Shown here: piece after piece, positions 8,947 through 18,265 of the stretch
How the letters are laid out: every line of letters begins with the position of its first letter
How positions within the stretch are numbered: position 1 is the stretch's first letter
From: an uncultured Bacteroidaceae bacterium
GTDB taxonomy: Bacteria; Bacillota; Clostridia; Christensenellales; CAG-917
Length of the DNA: 55,974 nt
Assembly: GCA_964604875.1 (NCBI GenBank)
Contig: CAZSAC010000004.1
Span: 1 to 55,974, forward strand
Direction: 5' to 3'
Translations under genes and position numbers: made by a program
The notes under the pieces: model-generated
Seen by the model: the letters and a program-made list of their open reading frames with translations, nothing else
What the model was told of the DNA's origin: nothing
The model's database searches: none

Positions 8947-10623
8947 ATGGAATATAAAATCGAAACGCCAATTATGCTATGGCAGGGTTATAACCCTACC
9001 GCTTTGCCTTTAAACATCACCATATTAAATATGGAATCAGTTGACAACATCCTAATTAAGGAAGTTGTTTTTACCGTTGATTCCGTTGAAGACGGCAATA
9101 TTCGGGCATATGCAAAAATGTTTTTACAAAAAGGGAAAGAAAAGGCGCCAACATTTTTATACATTCCAACCGGGACGGAAAAATTGGAATTCGGTCCATT
9201 TACCAAAGCCGTCTTTGAGAGGGGATATAATGTTGCTGTTATAGACTTTGGCGGAGAGGCTGAAGGGAAAGACCATTACACAACCTACCCCGAGTCTTTA
9301 AAATATTGCAATTTAGACGCAAATAAGGAGCTTTTATATAAAGCGTGTCCTGCAAGAAGGTCGCCTTGGTTTACGTGGATAAAGGTGATTCGCCGAGCTA
9401 TTACCTTGTTGGTTGAGGAGCCTGCCGTGGACAGCGATAATTTGATTGTCATCGGATACATTGAAGGCGCGCAGCTTGCTTGGAGCGTAGCGGGGATTGA
9501 CGGCAGAGTTCGCGCGGTTATTCCCGTAGGCGCAGACGGCTATGTGGAATATACCAATATTCCCAAATATCTTCCTTCCGGAGGTTTGCAAATCTCCGAC
9601 GAAATGGAATGTTGGCTTGCGGGCATATCGGCGCAGGCTTATGCAAAAATGGTGATGTGTCCCGTAATGTATATGGCGGGGACAAACAGCACGTTTGCCG
9701 ATATCGACCGTTTAAGCGACTTGTTTGCATTGATTCCGTCCAAAAAAAAATATATGTTATTTAGCTCTAATACCAACCACAACATTACTTTGACTAATTT
9801 TGAAAGCGGACTGACTTGGTTGGAGCGCATATTGGCGGAGCCATCGGAGGAAATTGTTTCTCCCGAACTGAAAACTTATGTCAGCGAAGGCAAATTATAC
9901 GCAAGCGTTAAAGGTATTAAAGGAAGTGTTAAAATCAATATATATTATGCGCTGGACGAAAGGTATCCCGCCTTTAGAAATTGGTTGCTGACTTCCACGC
10001 CGATAAAAGCCGGTGACGATGAAAGCATTGCTCAAATTCCCGTATTTGCCGACTCGGAAATGGTTTTTGCATATGCAACGGTGTCTTTCGAAAACGGAAT
10101 TATGTTGTCTACTCACGAGGTCGTTGCGGAATTGTCTCAACTAAAACTTACAGAGTTCGACATTGAAAATAAAGTAAAGCGCGGACGTCTTATTTTTAAC
10201 GGTTCTATGCCAAAAACATTCTTTAGCGTAGAAACGCTTTATCCCGTGGTTGACGAAAGCAGTTTACAAATTGCAAAAGGTCCATATGATATAAAGGGCA
10301 TCGGTGTTACGCAAGGCAAACTATGCACTTATAATATAGTTCCTCCCGATGACAGAAACGACGGCGATTTTATTCTTCAAATGGACATCTATTCTTCCAA
10401 AGAAAGGATAATCAAAATAAACCTATATACTGCCGAAAACGGCGGAACAAAATATAGCTATTACATCACTCTGCAAGCGTCGCCGAGCTGGCAAAGGATA
10501 AATCTTTCAAAGGGGGATTTTAAAACCAAGGAAATGCTTCCTCTTAAGGATTGGGCTATGGTCAGAAAGATGAAAATTCTTAAGGCGGAAGGAGTGCTGT
10601 TTAACAACATCTTATGGGTATAA
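8947..10623 (+). CDS. Alpha/beta-hydrolase fold protein (acetylxylan esterase/dienelactone hydrolase-like) with C-terminal CBM-like domain; nucleophile degenerate
   Basis: RRAITLL...VDSDNLIVIGYIEGAQLAW...DGRVRAVIP pattern; CPVMYMAGTN; C-terminal WQRINLSKGDFK typical of galactose-binding-like domains. Confidence 0.65.
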   Translation: MEYKIETPIMLWQGYNPTALPLNITILNMESVDNILIKEVVFTVDSVEDGNIRAYAKMFLQKGKEKAPTFLYIPTGTEKLEFGPFTKAVFERGYNVAVIDFGGEAEGKDHYTTYPESLKYCNLDANKELLYKACPARRSPWFTWIKVIRRAITLLVEEPAVDSDNLIVIGYIEGAQLAWSVAGIDGRVRAVIPVGADGYVEYTNIPKYLPSGGLQISDEMECWLAGISAQAYAKMVMCPVMYMAGTNSTFADIDRLSDLFALIPSKKKYMLFSSNTNHNITLTNFESGLTWLERILAEPSEEIVSPELKTYVSEGKLYASVKGIKGSVKINIYYALDERYPAFRNWLLTSTPIKAGDDESIAQIPVFADSEMVFAYATVSFENGIMLSTHEVVAELSQLKLTEFDIENKVKRGRLIFNGSMPKTFFSVETLYPVVDESSLQIAKGPYDIKGIGVTQGKLCTYNIVPPDDRNDGDFILQMDIYSSKERIIKINLYTAENGGTKYSYYITLQASPSWQRINLSKGDFKTKEMLPLKDWAMVRKMKILKAEGVLFNNILWV

Positions 10624-11309
10624 TGGATAAAGCAACGGTCGCAGAAGAGTCTCGCGTTAAAACAATATCTGATTTACTTGTCATCGTTATATTGGCAATT
10701 TTTATAGCGTCGGCTACCAACGTCATTTTTTTTGAGACAGTTCGAGTCAGGGGCGGGTCTATGAACGATACGCTTTACGGCGGAGGAGATATAGAAGTCG
10801 ATAAGAATATGACTTTTTGGGGGAAACTGATTTTTGGCGCAGATGACTTAAACACAATGGGCGATAAGGTTTTGCTGCAAAAGTTGGGTAAAATCCAGGC
10901 GGGCGATATAATTGTTTTTAAAGCCTTCAATGAAGACGGCTTAAGGCTTTGGGATATGGATTTACGCGGAAATAAAACGCAGACACAATGGATAAAACGT
11001 GTTATCGGTGTTGGCGGTGATACCGTTGAAATTTATGGCGGGCGTGTTTTTGTTAACAATAAGGAGCTTGTTGAGCCTTACCTCAAAACCCCTAATTCCA
11101 CATATATAGAAGAAGAACGTCTAACCGTTTTGGTGCCTGAAGATTGTTATTTTGTTATGGGTGACAACCGTGAAAGAGGGGGGAGCAGTGACAGCAGGCT
11201 ATCCGAAGTAGGATGCATAAAGCAAGAAAACGTTGTTGGAAAAGTGCTTTTGGTGTTTGGGAAAAAAAGCCATAAATTATCAACCTCCGACAGCGTCAGC
11301 GGGCTATAA
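10623..11309 (+). CDS. lepB: Signal peptidase I (Ser-Lys dyad)
   Basis: GGSMNDTL, WIKRVIG, YFVMGDNR, SSDSR motifs; TAATG coupling with the upstream gene. Confidence 0.92.
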   Translation: MDKATVAEESRVKTISDLLVIVILAIFIASATNVIFFETVRVRGGSMNDTLYGGGDIEVDKNMTFWGKLIFGADDLNTMGDKVLLQKLGKIQAGDIIVFKAFNEDGLRLWDMDLRGNKTQTQWIKRVIGVGGDTVEIYGGRVFVNNKELVEPYLKTPNSTYIEEERLTVLVPEDCYFVMGDNRERGGSSDSRLSEVGCIKQENVVGKVLLVFGKKSHKLSTSDSVSGL

Positions 11310-11350
11310 AATACCACAATAAGATATTCTACAAAATAAGACAATATAAG

Positions 11351-11390
11351 ATTCCGTTTGCCAAAAACCTATGGCAAGCGGAATTTCTAT
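11351..11390 (+). terminator. Probable terminator hairpin after lepB
   Basis: attccgtttgcca...tggcaagcggaat followed by ttctatttt. Confidence 0.6.
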
Positions 11391-11440
11391 TTTAGATTGC
11401 ATAGGTTATTATTTCCTTATTTCAGTTAAGCGGGGAGATA

Positions 11441-13705
11441 ATGAAGAAGGCAAACCTAAAGTCGATTTTTAAATACGCGGTTTATTTTATTTTGTTGATA
11501 TTATTATGTAACGCAGAAACGGCAAACGGGATAAAGCCGTTTGGCTTGGGGTTATTTGTTGCGTTGGTTTATTCACGCCAAAACCTTTTGGTTTTGGCGC
11601 CTATGTATGCGGCGGCGGTTTTGTTATCAAACTTTTCCGTTGAGGGCGCGATAATAGGAACGGTGCCCTCGATTATCTTAATGACAGCGTATTATATACA
11701 CTATAAAGTCGGGCGGAGTATGAATACGCTGTTTGCCAATCTTTATACTTTGCTTTCACAAATTCCTTACATAATATTTTCGGTTGGCGACAATTTTTTT
11801 ACCACTTTTTTTACGGTTTTGCTAACTCAAATTTTTGCATATACATCAATAGTAATAGTTTATGCTATACTAATTCGAGGTTTAAAGTATCGTTTTACCA
11901 TTGATGAGATAATATCGGGCGCCGTCTTTTTGGCGTCTGTGGCGTTGGCAACCTATAAGGTACAATATTTCGGGGTAAATTTATACTTTGCCTTTTTCTC
12001 TTTCGTCCTATTACTTTCGGCAAGCGTGTTCGGGTCAGTCGTTCCGCTTGCGGTTTCTGCCGTGCTAGGCATAGGAGGCGCGTTCGCAGGGGGGAATATT
12101 TCGCTTATAGGCACGGCGGTTTGTTGCGGTATGGTTGTTATAATGTTTAAAAACACAAGCATTTATCTTTCTGCCGTCGCGCTTTTAATTACCGATGCGG
12201 TGTTAGGCTATTATTTTGATGCTTATTCGGGATACTCTTATTTTCAAATCATTATGCTTGCCGTCGGCGTTATTCTGTTTTTATTCACGCCTAAACGAGC
12301 CAAAAGCTTTGCGCAAAGCTTTGTAGAAAACGTCGGCGACAGGCAGACGGGAAAAACAATCATCAATAGAAATAGGCTGGATATAAGCAATCGGATATAC
12401 TCTATTTCCAATGTTTTTTCGGATATGCAAACAATTTTAGAAGACGGAATTCAACCTGCGCCAAAGCCTGTCGGAGGAAACAGTACGCTTGCTAAGGATA
12501 TTGCCGTGGGCTATTGCGCAAAATGCCCCGATTGTAGTGGTTGTTTTGCTTCACTCGGGACGGATACTTCGGTGGTTTTAGAAGACGTCGTCGCCGCCGC
12601 AGATGAAAAGGGACGAGCCACAATAATCGATATGCCACCCTTTTTAACAAGTAGGTGCAGAAGGCTGAATGGTCTTTTGCAGACTGTAAACGACAGAATA
12701 GACAGCTATAAAGCGTGCGAGAAAATGTCTAAAAGTTTGGACAACGGACGAATGCTGCTTGCAACGCAAATGGGCGGTATGGCGGAAATTTTAGACAATC
12801 TGGGACACGACGTAAAGCAATGCGTATCTTTTGATACCGTTAGGGAAAAGCAAGTCATTGACGAGCTTGTCTACCACAACATAATTTGCAAAGAAGCAAT
12901 CGTATACGGCACGGGAGCGGGGCTGGGCGTCACGGTAACCGTTCGAGAGGAAGACGCGCCCAAAGCGATATTGCCCAAAGTTGTTTCCAAAATAATGAAA
13001 ATCAAGCTTGCAAGGGAGGGCTCGCCCGACGTGGTAAGCGGTTCGGCAAGCGTTCACTTGGTGCCTGCGCCCAAGTATGATTTTTTGTACGGCAGCGCGA
13101 TGAAACGCAGAGAGGGCGAGCGCGCTTGCGGAGATATTGTATCCGTACAACGGGTGGGAAGCAAAAAAATCGTAATTGCCCTTTGCGACGGAATGGGCAG
13201 CGGCGATAATGCCGAAAAGTATAGCTCCCGCGCGATAACAATGATTGAAAACTTATACAGGGCGGGCTTTTCCAACGAGGTTGTGCTTGCCCTTTCCAAC
13301 AAGCTTCTAACGCTGAAAAACGACGAAAACTACAGCGCGCTTGCAATGTGCGTGGTGGATTTAGATACGGGCGGTTGCGATATAATTAAGCAGGGAGCGC
13401 CTTATAATTTAATACGACGGAGGGATACGATAGAAATTATCGACGGCTATGCGTTGCCTATCGGCATAGTTGAGGAAGCAAAACCCGCCGTGGAACGCAA
13501 AATTTTGTTTTCGGGGGACACCGTCATTTTGGTAAGCGACGGCATTACAGATGTGGTGACGCAAGATGATTTGACGCAAAAAGTTCAACAGATTACTTCG
13601 TCAAACCTGGAGGTCGTTGCCGAGGATATTTTAAACTATGCAGTTGAACGTGGAGCCACGGACGATTCCACCGTTTTAACCTTTAGGCTTTTTGTCAAAA
13701 TGTAA
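11441..13705 (+). CDS. spoIIE: Stage II sporulation protein E (PP2C phosphatase)
   Basis: About 10 N-terminal TMs, Cys cluster CAKCPDCSGC, PP2C motifs CGD, LCDGMG, VSDG, DDSTV; synteny with tilS-hpt. Confidence 0.92.
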   Translation: MKKANLKSIFKYAVYFILLILLCNAETANGIKPFGLGLFVALVYSRQNLLVLAPMYAAAVLLSNFSVEGAIIGTVPSIILMTAYYIHYKVGRSMNTLFANLYTLLSQIPYIIFSVGDNFFTTFFTVLLTQIFAYTSIVIVYAILIRGLKYRFTIDEIISGAVFLASVALATYKVQYFGVNLYFAFFSFVLLLSASVFGSVVPLAVSAVLGIGGAFAGGNISLIGTAVCCGMVVIMFKNTSIYLSAVALLITDAVLGYYFDAYSGYSYFQIIMLAVGVILFLFTPKRAKSFAQSFVENVGDRQTGKTIINRNRLDISNRIYSISNVFSDMQTILEDGIQPAPKPVGGNSTLAKDIAVGYCAKCPDCSGCFASLGTDTSVVLEDVVAAADEKGRATIIDMPPFLTSRCRRLNGLLQTVNDRIDSYKACEKMSKSLDNGRMLLATQMGGMAEILDNLGHDVKQCVSFDTVREKQVIDELVYHNIICKEAIVYGTGAGLGVTVTVREEDAPKAILPKVVSKIMKIKLAREGSPDVVSGSASVHLVPAPKYDFLYGSAMKRREGERACGDIVSVQRVGSKKIVIALCDGMGSGDNAEKYSSRAITMIENLYRAGFSNEVVLALSNKLLTLKNDENYSALAMCVVDLDTGGCDIIKQGAPYNLIRRRDTIEIIDGYALPIGIVEEAKPAVERKILFSGDTVILVSDGITDVVTQDDLTQKVQQITSSNLEVVAEDILNYAVERGATDDSTVLTFRLFVKM

Positions 13706-13718
13706 GGTATAATAACTA

Positions 13719-13747
13719 TTGCTTTTTATAAAAAAAAACTGTATAAT
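13719..13747 (+). promoter_or_regulatory. Putative sigmaA promoter giving a leaderless tilS transcript
   Basis: TTGCTT-N17-TATAAT, ending 6 nt before GTG 13754. Confidence 0.6.
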
Positions 13748-13753
13748 TAAGTC

Positions 13754-15082
13754 GTGAAAACAGATAAAATTATACAAAAAGTTGATGAAAAAATCGCCAT
13801 TGGGGATAAGATTGCCGTAGCCGTTAGCGGAGGCATAGATTCAATGGTGTTATTGCACGCGTTCATGCAACTTAGAGGGAGCAAGCCCTTCAAGTTTTTT
13901 GTGGTAAATATTGAACACGGTATTCGTGGCGCGGCGTCAAAAAAAGATACTGCGTTTGTCATTGATTTCTGCAAAAAAAACAAAATCGACATTGTATGTA
14001 AAACCCTGAATGTGCCTGTTTATGCCGACGAAAACGGCGGTACGATTGAGGAATGCGCGCGGAAGTTGCGCTATGCCGAATTTGAAAAACTGCTACAGGC
14101 GGGCGATTGCAATAAGGTTGCGCTTGCGCATCATCTTTCCGACCAAGCGGAAACAATTTTTATGCGGATTCTAAGAGGCACGGGACTCAAGGGTTTGGAA
14201 GGAATGAAAGAGGAGATAGGAGGATATATCCGTCCGCTACTGGAAATATCCAAAGAGGAAATCCGCGCATATCAAGCAAAAAACCACATTGAGTTTATTA
14301 TAGACGAAACCAATTTCGACAACAATTATACCAGAAACAAAATCCGAAATGAAATTCTTCCCCTATTGCATACGCTGTCACAGAATGCAGAGGGCGGGTT
14401 TTTAAGGCTGTCAAGGCTTGCGTCTGAGGCGGAGGATTTTATTTCTCAATACGACAATCCAATCCGCATCGAAGGCGATACCGCAATAATGGATTTTATC
14501 GCAGACGAGCCTAAGCTGTTGTTTAAACGCCGCGTGCTTAAGTGTATGGAGGCGTTGGGCGTTGTCAAGGACGTTGAAGAAATCAATCGGGAGCAGGTTT
14601 ACAAATTATTGTCCGCAGAAAACTCGGCTCAGGTTCACTTGCCGTATGGAGTTATCGCTCATCGGGAATACGATAAAATTGTTTTTTCTCGACAAAAACA
14701 ACATAATGCGGACTTAAAACTGCCTTTTAGCGCAGGAGAAGTTGTATTTGGAGATGAAACACTTTCGATAACGCAATATGACGGGGGCTTTATTGACGAC
14801 GGGGAGCTGTTGTTTGATATTTCAAAAATCCCCCCGACGGCGGTATTTAGATATAGAAAAAGCGGGGATACTTTTACAAAGTTCGGCGGAGGGACAAAAA
14901 GTTTGGGGGATTATTTAACCGATAAAAAAATACCCCTAAGACTTAGAGACAGGCTTATTGTTTGCGCCGACGAGTCGGAAATTTTGTTCATAGCGGGCGT
15001 TGAAATATCTCATAAGGTGAGAGTGGATTTTAAGGATACCAACAGCCGCTTAAATATTTACAAGGTTGCTAAGGAGGCATAA
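13754..15082 (+). CDS. tilS: tRNA(Ile)-lysidine synthetase
   Basis: AVSGGIDS, ARKLRY, LAHHLSDQAET, YIRPLL, RNKIR motifs; C-terminal TilS domain. Confidence 0.95.
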   Translation: MKTDKIIQKVDEKIAIGDKIAVAVSGGIDSMVLLHAFMQLRGSKPFKFFVVNIEHGIRGAASKKDTAFVIDFCKKNKIDIVCKTLNVPVYADENGGTIEECARKLRYAEFEKLLQAGDCNKVALAHHLSDQAETIFMRILRGTGLKGLEGMKEEIGGYIRPLLEISKEEIRAYQAKNHIEFIIDETNFDNNYTRNKIRNEILPLLHTLSQNAEGGFLRLSRLASEAEDFISQYDNPIRIEGDTAIMDFIADEPKLLFKRRVLKCMEALGVVKDVEEINREQVYKLLSAENSAQVHLPYGVIAHREYDKIVFSRQKQHNADLKLPFSAGEVVFGDETLSITQYDGGFIDDGELLFDISKIPPTAVFRYRKSGDTFTKFGGGTKSLGDYLTDKKIPLRLRDRLIVCADESEILFIAGVEISHKVRVDFKDTNSRLNIYKVAKEA

Positions 15083-15085
15083 GTA

Positions 15086-15637
15086 ATGTACGAAAAAGAA
15101 ATCGAGAAAGTTTTGATTTCTAAAGAAGAAATCGATGTTAGACTAAAAACCGTTGCCCAAACAATAAGCCGTGATTATGAAAATCAAGACGTTCTTTTTG
15201 TTTGTGTTTTGCGGGGCGCTTTTATGTTTTTTGCAGACTTGGTGCGTGAAGTCACGGTCAACGCTCAGGTGGATTTTATCGCTGTGTCCAGTTATGGCGC
15301 GGGGACAGAGTCGTCCGGCGAGGTTAAAATGGTAAAAGACCTCACAACCCCGATTGAAGGGAAAAACGTTATTATCGTTGAAGATATCGTGGATACGGGC
15401 GTAACGTTAAAATATCTTAAAAACTATTTGCTTGCGCGGTCGCCTCGCTCGCTAAAAATTTGCACGATGCTTGACAAGCCCGAAAGAAGGCTTGTGGATT
15501 TAGAGCCGGAATATAAGCTGTTTTGCGTGCCGAACGAGTTTGTCATAGGCTATGGTTTGGATTATGACGAAAACTATCGCACGCTGAAAGACGTATGCGT
15601 ACTTGCGCCCGAGGTTTATTCCAAAAAAGAAGCTTGA
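15086..15637 (+). CDS. hpt: Hypoxanthine phosphoribosyltransferase
   Basis: VIIVEDIVDTGVTL PRPP-binding motif; FVIGYGLDY. Confidence 0.96.
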   Translation: MYEKEIEKVLISKEEIDVRLKTVAQTISRDYENQDVLFVCVLRGAFMFFADLVREVTVNAQVDFIAVSSYGAGTESSGEVKMVKDLTTPIEGKNVIIVEDIVDTGVTLKYLKNYLLARSPRSLKICTMLDKPERRLVDLEPEYKLFCVPNEFVIGYGLDYDENYRTLKDVCVLAPEVYSKKEA

Positions 15638-15653
15638 CGCAAAAAGAGGAAGG

Positions 15654-17015
15654 ATGAAAATCGATATTCCCAAACAACTATTTGAGCTTACCAAATACAT
15701 TCCTCGGCTTTACGTCGTAGGGGGCTATGTAAGAAACTGCTTGTTGGGAATTGAAACCACAGACATTGACGTGTGCGGAGAATATCTTTTAGAGGAGCTT
15801 GAGGGTTTTTTATTAAAGTCTCCTTATAAAATTTCGCTCTTAAATAAGCGGTTGGGTACGTTGAAAATCTCTGACGGAAACGGCTTTTATTGTGAATATA
15901 CCACCTTCCGTCAAGACAGCTATCCAAACGACGGCGCTCATCAACCGAGTAACGTGCGGTTCACGAAAAGCATTGAGCAAGACTCTACCCGCAGGGATTT
16001 TACCGTAAACGCAATATACGCAGATGTAAAAACGGGTGAAGTGTACGATTTTTTAGGCGGACTAGTTGACTTAAAAAACAAACAAATTCGGACCTGTCGT
16101 TCGGCAGAACAGGTTTTTTCCGAAGACGGACTCAGGTTGTTGCGATTGGTTAGGTTTTCGGCGGAATTGGGCTTTGAAATCGCTTCCGATGTTTATTTTG
16201 AGGCAAAAAAACAAAGCTGGCGGTTGAACGATATTTCCGCAGAGAGAATCCGAGACGAGTTTTTAAAAATTATCACGGCGGATTGCAGATATCCGTCTTT
16301 AAAAAACGAGAACGGGCATTTTTTGGGAATTCAACTTTTAGACGAGCTTGGTTTGCTTGAAAAAATTCTTCCCGAGTTAATTTTTGCAAAGGGAATGACG
16401 CAAGATATCCGTTATCACAAATACGACGTGTTTTGGCATATCTTATACACCTATAAGGCTTGTCCGCCGCGCCTACGGTTGGCGGGATTGATGCACGATA
16501 TAGGAAAACCGCTTTCTGTTAAGCTGTTTGGCAATATGTATGAGCACGCAAGGCTTGGCGCAGAGATAGCGCAAGCGCGGTTGGGAAACAAAGGTTTGCG
16601 GTTGCCGACTGCCGAAGTGGAAAAAATAAAACGCCTTGTTTTGGCGCATATGTACGATATGGACGGCAAGACTTCAATCAAGAAATTGAGGTTATTTATC
16701 GCCCGAAACCGTGACATTTTGGAAGATATAATCCAACTTAAGTGCGCCGACGCATATGGCAGCAGCGGAAAGGCTGTGACGCCTATTGCCGTAGAAAGAA
16801 TCAGGGAACAATATTCGGCAATGGTAAGTGAAAACACTCCGTTTTCAATAAAAGAGCTTTTTGTCGGGGGAGAAGACCTTATCGCGGCGGGTGTTTTACC
16901 GCAGGAAAGAGCCAATGCGCTCAATAGCTTGTTAGAGTTGGCAATCTGCGATAAAGCATATCGAAGCAGAGCTGCGCAACTAAAATTTTTAGAGGGATGT
17001 AAAAAATGGAAATAG
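15654..17015 (+). CDS. cca: CCA tRNA nucleotidyltransferase with HD domain
   Basis: VVGGYVRN..DID, RRDFTVNA, EDGLRLLR, ISAERIRDE, MHDIGKP motifs; start moved to ATG 15654 after GAGGAAGG. Confidence 0.88.
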   Translation: MKIDIPKQLFELTKYIPRLYVVGGYVRNCLLGIETTDIDVCGEYLLEELEGFLLKSPYKISLLNKRLGTLKISDGNGFYCEYTTFRQDSYPNDGAHQPSNVRFTKSIEQDSTRRDFTVNAIYADVKTGEVYDFLGGLVDLKNKQIRTCRSAEQVFSEDGLRLLRLVRFSAELGFEIASDVYFEAKKQSWRLNDISAERIRDEFLKIITADCRYPSLKNENGHFLGIQLLDELGLLEKILPELIFAKGMTQDIRYHKYDVFWHILYTYKACPPRLRLAGLMHDIGKPLSVKLFGNMYEHARLGAEIAQARLGNKGLRLPTAEVEKIKRLVLAHMYDMDGKTSIKKLRLFIARNRDILEDIIQLKCADAYGSSGKAVTPIAVERIREQYSAMVSENTPFSIKELFVGGEDLIAAGVLPQERANALNSLLELAICDKAYRSRAAQLKFLEGCKKWK

Positions 17016-18265
17016 GAAGTCTTATTTTAGGAATTATTAATTTAATCTTGCTTATAGTCGTTTTGTTGGTCAGCAGAAAACCGATGAAGGCGGACTCTAA
17101 CGCCGAGCTTTTACAAGAGGTTACGGCGCAATTTAAAGACGAAATCAAAAAAGAGGCGGTTACCACGCGTGAAAGCACCGCGATGAGCCTTGGTTTGCAA
17201 AACTCAAATTTGCAAGCGTTGCTTAGTATTCAGCGAGAAGGCTTGGATAAAGGGCTTGCCAATACCAACGAAAAATTTGACATTTTAACTAAAGCGATGT
17301 CTGAAGCGTTGAGCGAAATTCGGGCAGAGTTAAAGGGCGGAGCGCAGGAAATGCGTGAAAGCAACGAAAAACAGCTTGAAAAGATGCGCGCTACCGTGGA
17401 CGAAAAGCTATCGGAAAATCTGGAGCAACGTTTTCAAAAATCTTTCGGCATCGTTGCCGAGAGACTGGACGCTATCACAAAGGGTTTTGGGGAAATGCAA
17501 AACCTCACCAGCGGAATGACCGATTTAAAGCGAGTGCTGTCCAACGTCAAAACCCGAGGCACTTGGGGAGAGGCGTCGTTGGATTATATGTTAAGCCAAA
17601 TACTCACGCCCGACCAATACGACAAAAGCGTGGCGATAAGCCGAAGCGAAAACGCAGATCGGGTAGATTTTGTCGTCAATCTTCCGGGGAAAAGCTCTGA
17701 AAAGGTTTGGCTTCCAATCGATGCGAAATTCCCGATCGAAGACTATCAGCGTCTTTTGGACGCAACAGACGAAACCGCCGTGGCGTTGGCTAAGCGCGCG
17801 CTTGCGGTTAGACTGCGTACAGAGGCAATTTCCATAAAAAATAAATATATCAAACCGCCAAAAACCACCGATTTTGCAATATTATATTTGCCGATAGAGG
17901 GATTGTTTGCAGAGGCGGTTCAAATAAGAGGATTATGCGACGAGTTGCAGAACAAGCATAGGATTGTGCTATGCGGGCCGACAACGCTTGCCGCGCTTTT
18001 AAACAGCCTTCAAATGGGCTTTCGCTCGGTGGCTATCGAAAAGCGGAGCAGCGAGATTTACAAATTGTTGGGCGCGTTCCGTTCCGATTTCGATACGTTT
18101 TGCAGCATAATTGAAAAAACGCAGAAAAAACTTGGCGAGGTTACCACAGAAATTAACCGCGCAAGCGACCGCACCCGAAAAATTCAAACACGCTTAGATA
18201 AGGTGCAAATCGACACTGTCGACAGAGAGGAGCTGGAAGAAGGGATAGCAAGCGATGAAATATAA
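17006..18265 (+). CDS. rmuC: DNA recombination protein RmuC
   Basis: N-terminal TM, coiled coil, NVKTRGTWGE, PIDAKFP, PPKTTDFA, GPTTL motifs. Confidence 0.93.
   Translation: MEIGSLILGIINLILLIVVLLVSRKPMKADSNAELLQEVTAQFKDEIKKEAVTTRESTAMSLGLQNSNLQALLSIQREGLDKGLANTNEKFDILTKAMSEALSEIRAELKGGAQEMRESNEKQLEKMRATVDEKLSENLEQRFQKSFGIVAERLDAITKGFGEMQNLTSGMTDLKRVLSNVKTRGTWGEASLDYMLSQILTPDQYDKSVAISRSENADRVDFVVNLPGKSSEKVWLPIDAKFPIEDYQRLLDATDETAVALAKRALAVRLRTEAISIKNKYIKPPKTTDFAILYLPIEGLFAEAVQIRGLCDELQNKHRIVLCGPTTLAALLNSLQMGFRSVAIEKRSSEIYKLLGAFRSDFDTFCSIIEKTQKKLGEVTTEINRASDRTRKIQTRLDKVQIDTVDREELEEGIASDEI

Noticed and set aside
10623-11309. lepB as the SipW for the first two genes
   Set aside because: Has the Ser-Lys dyad (WIKRVIG), not the Ser-His of SipW, and lies 8 kb away
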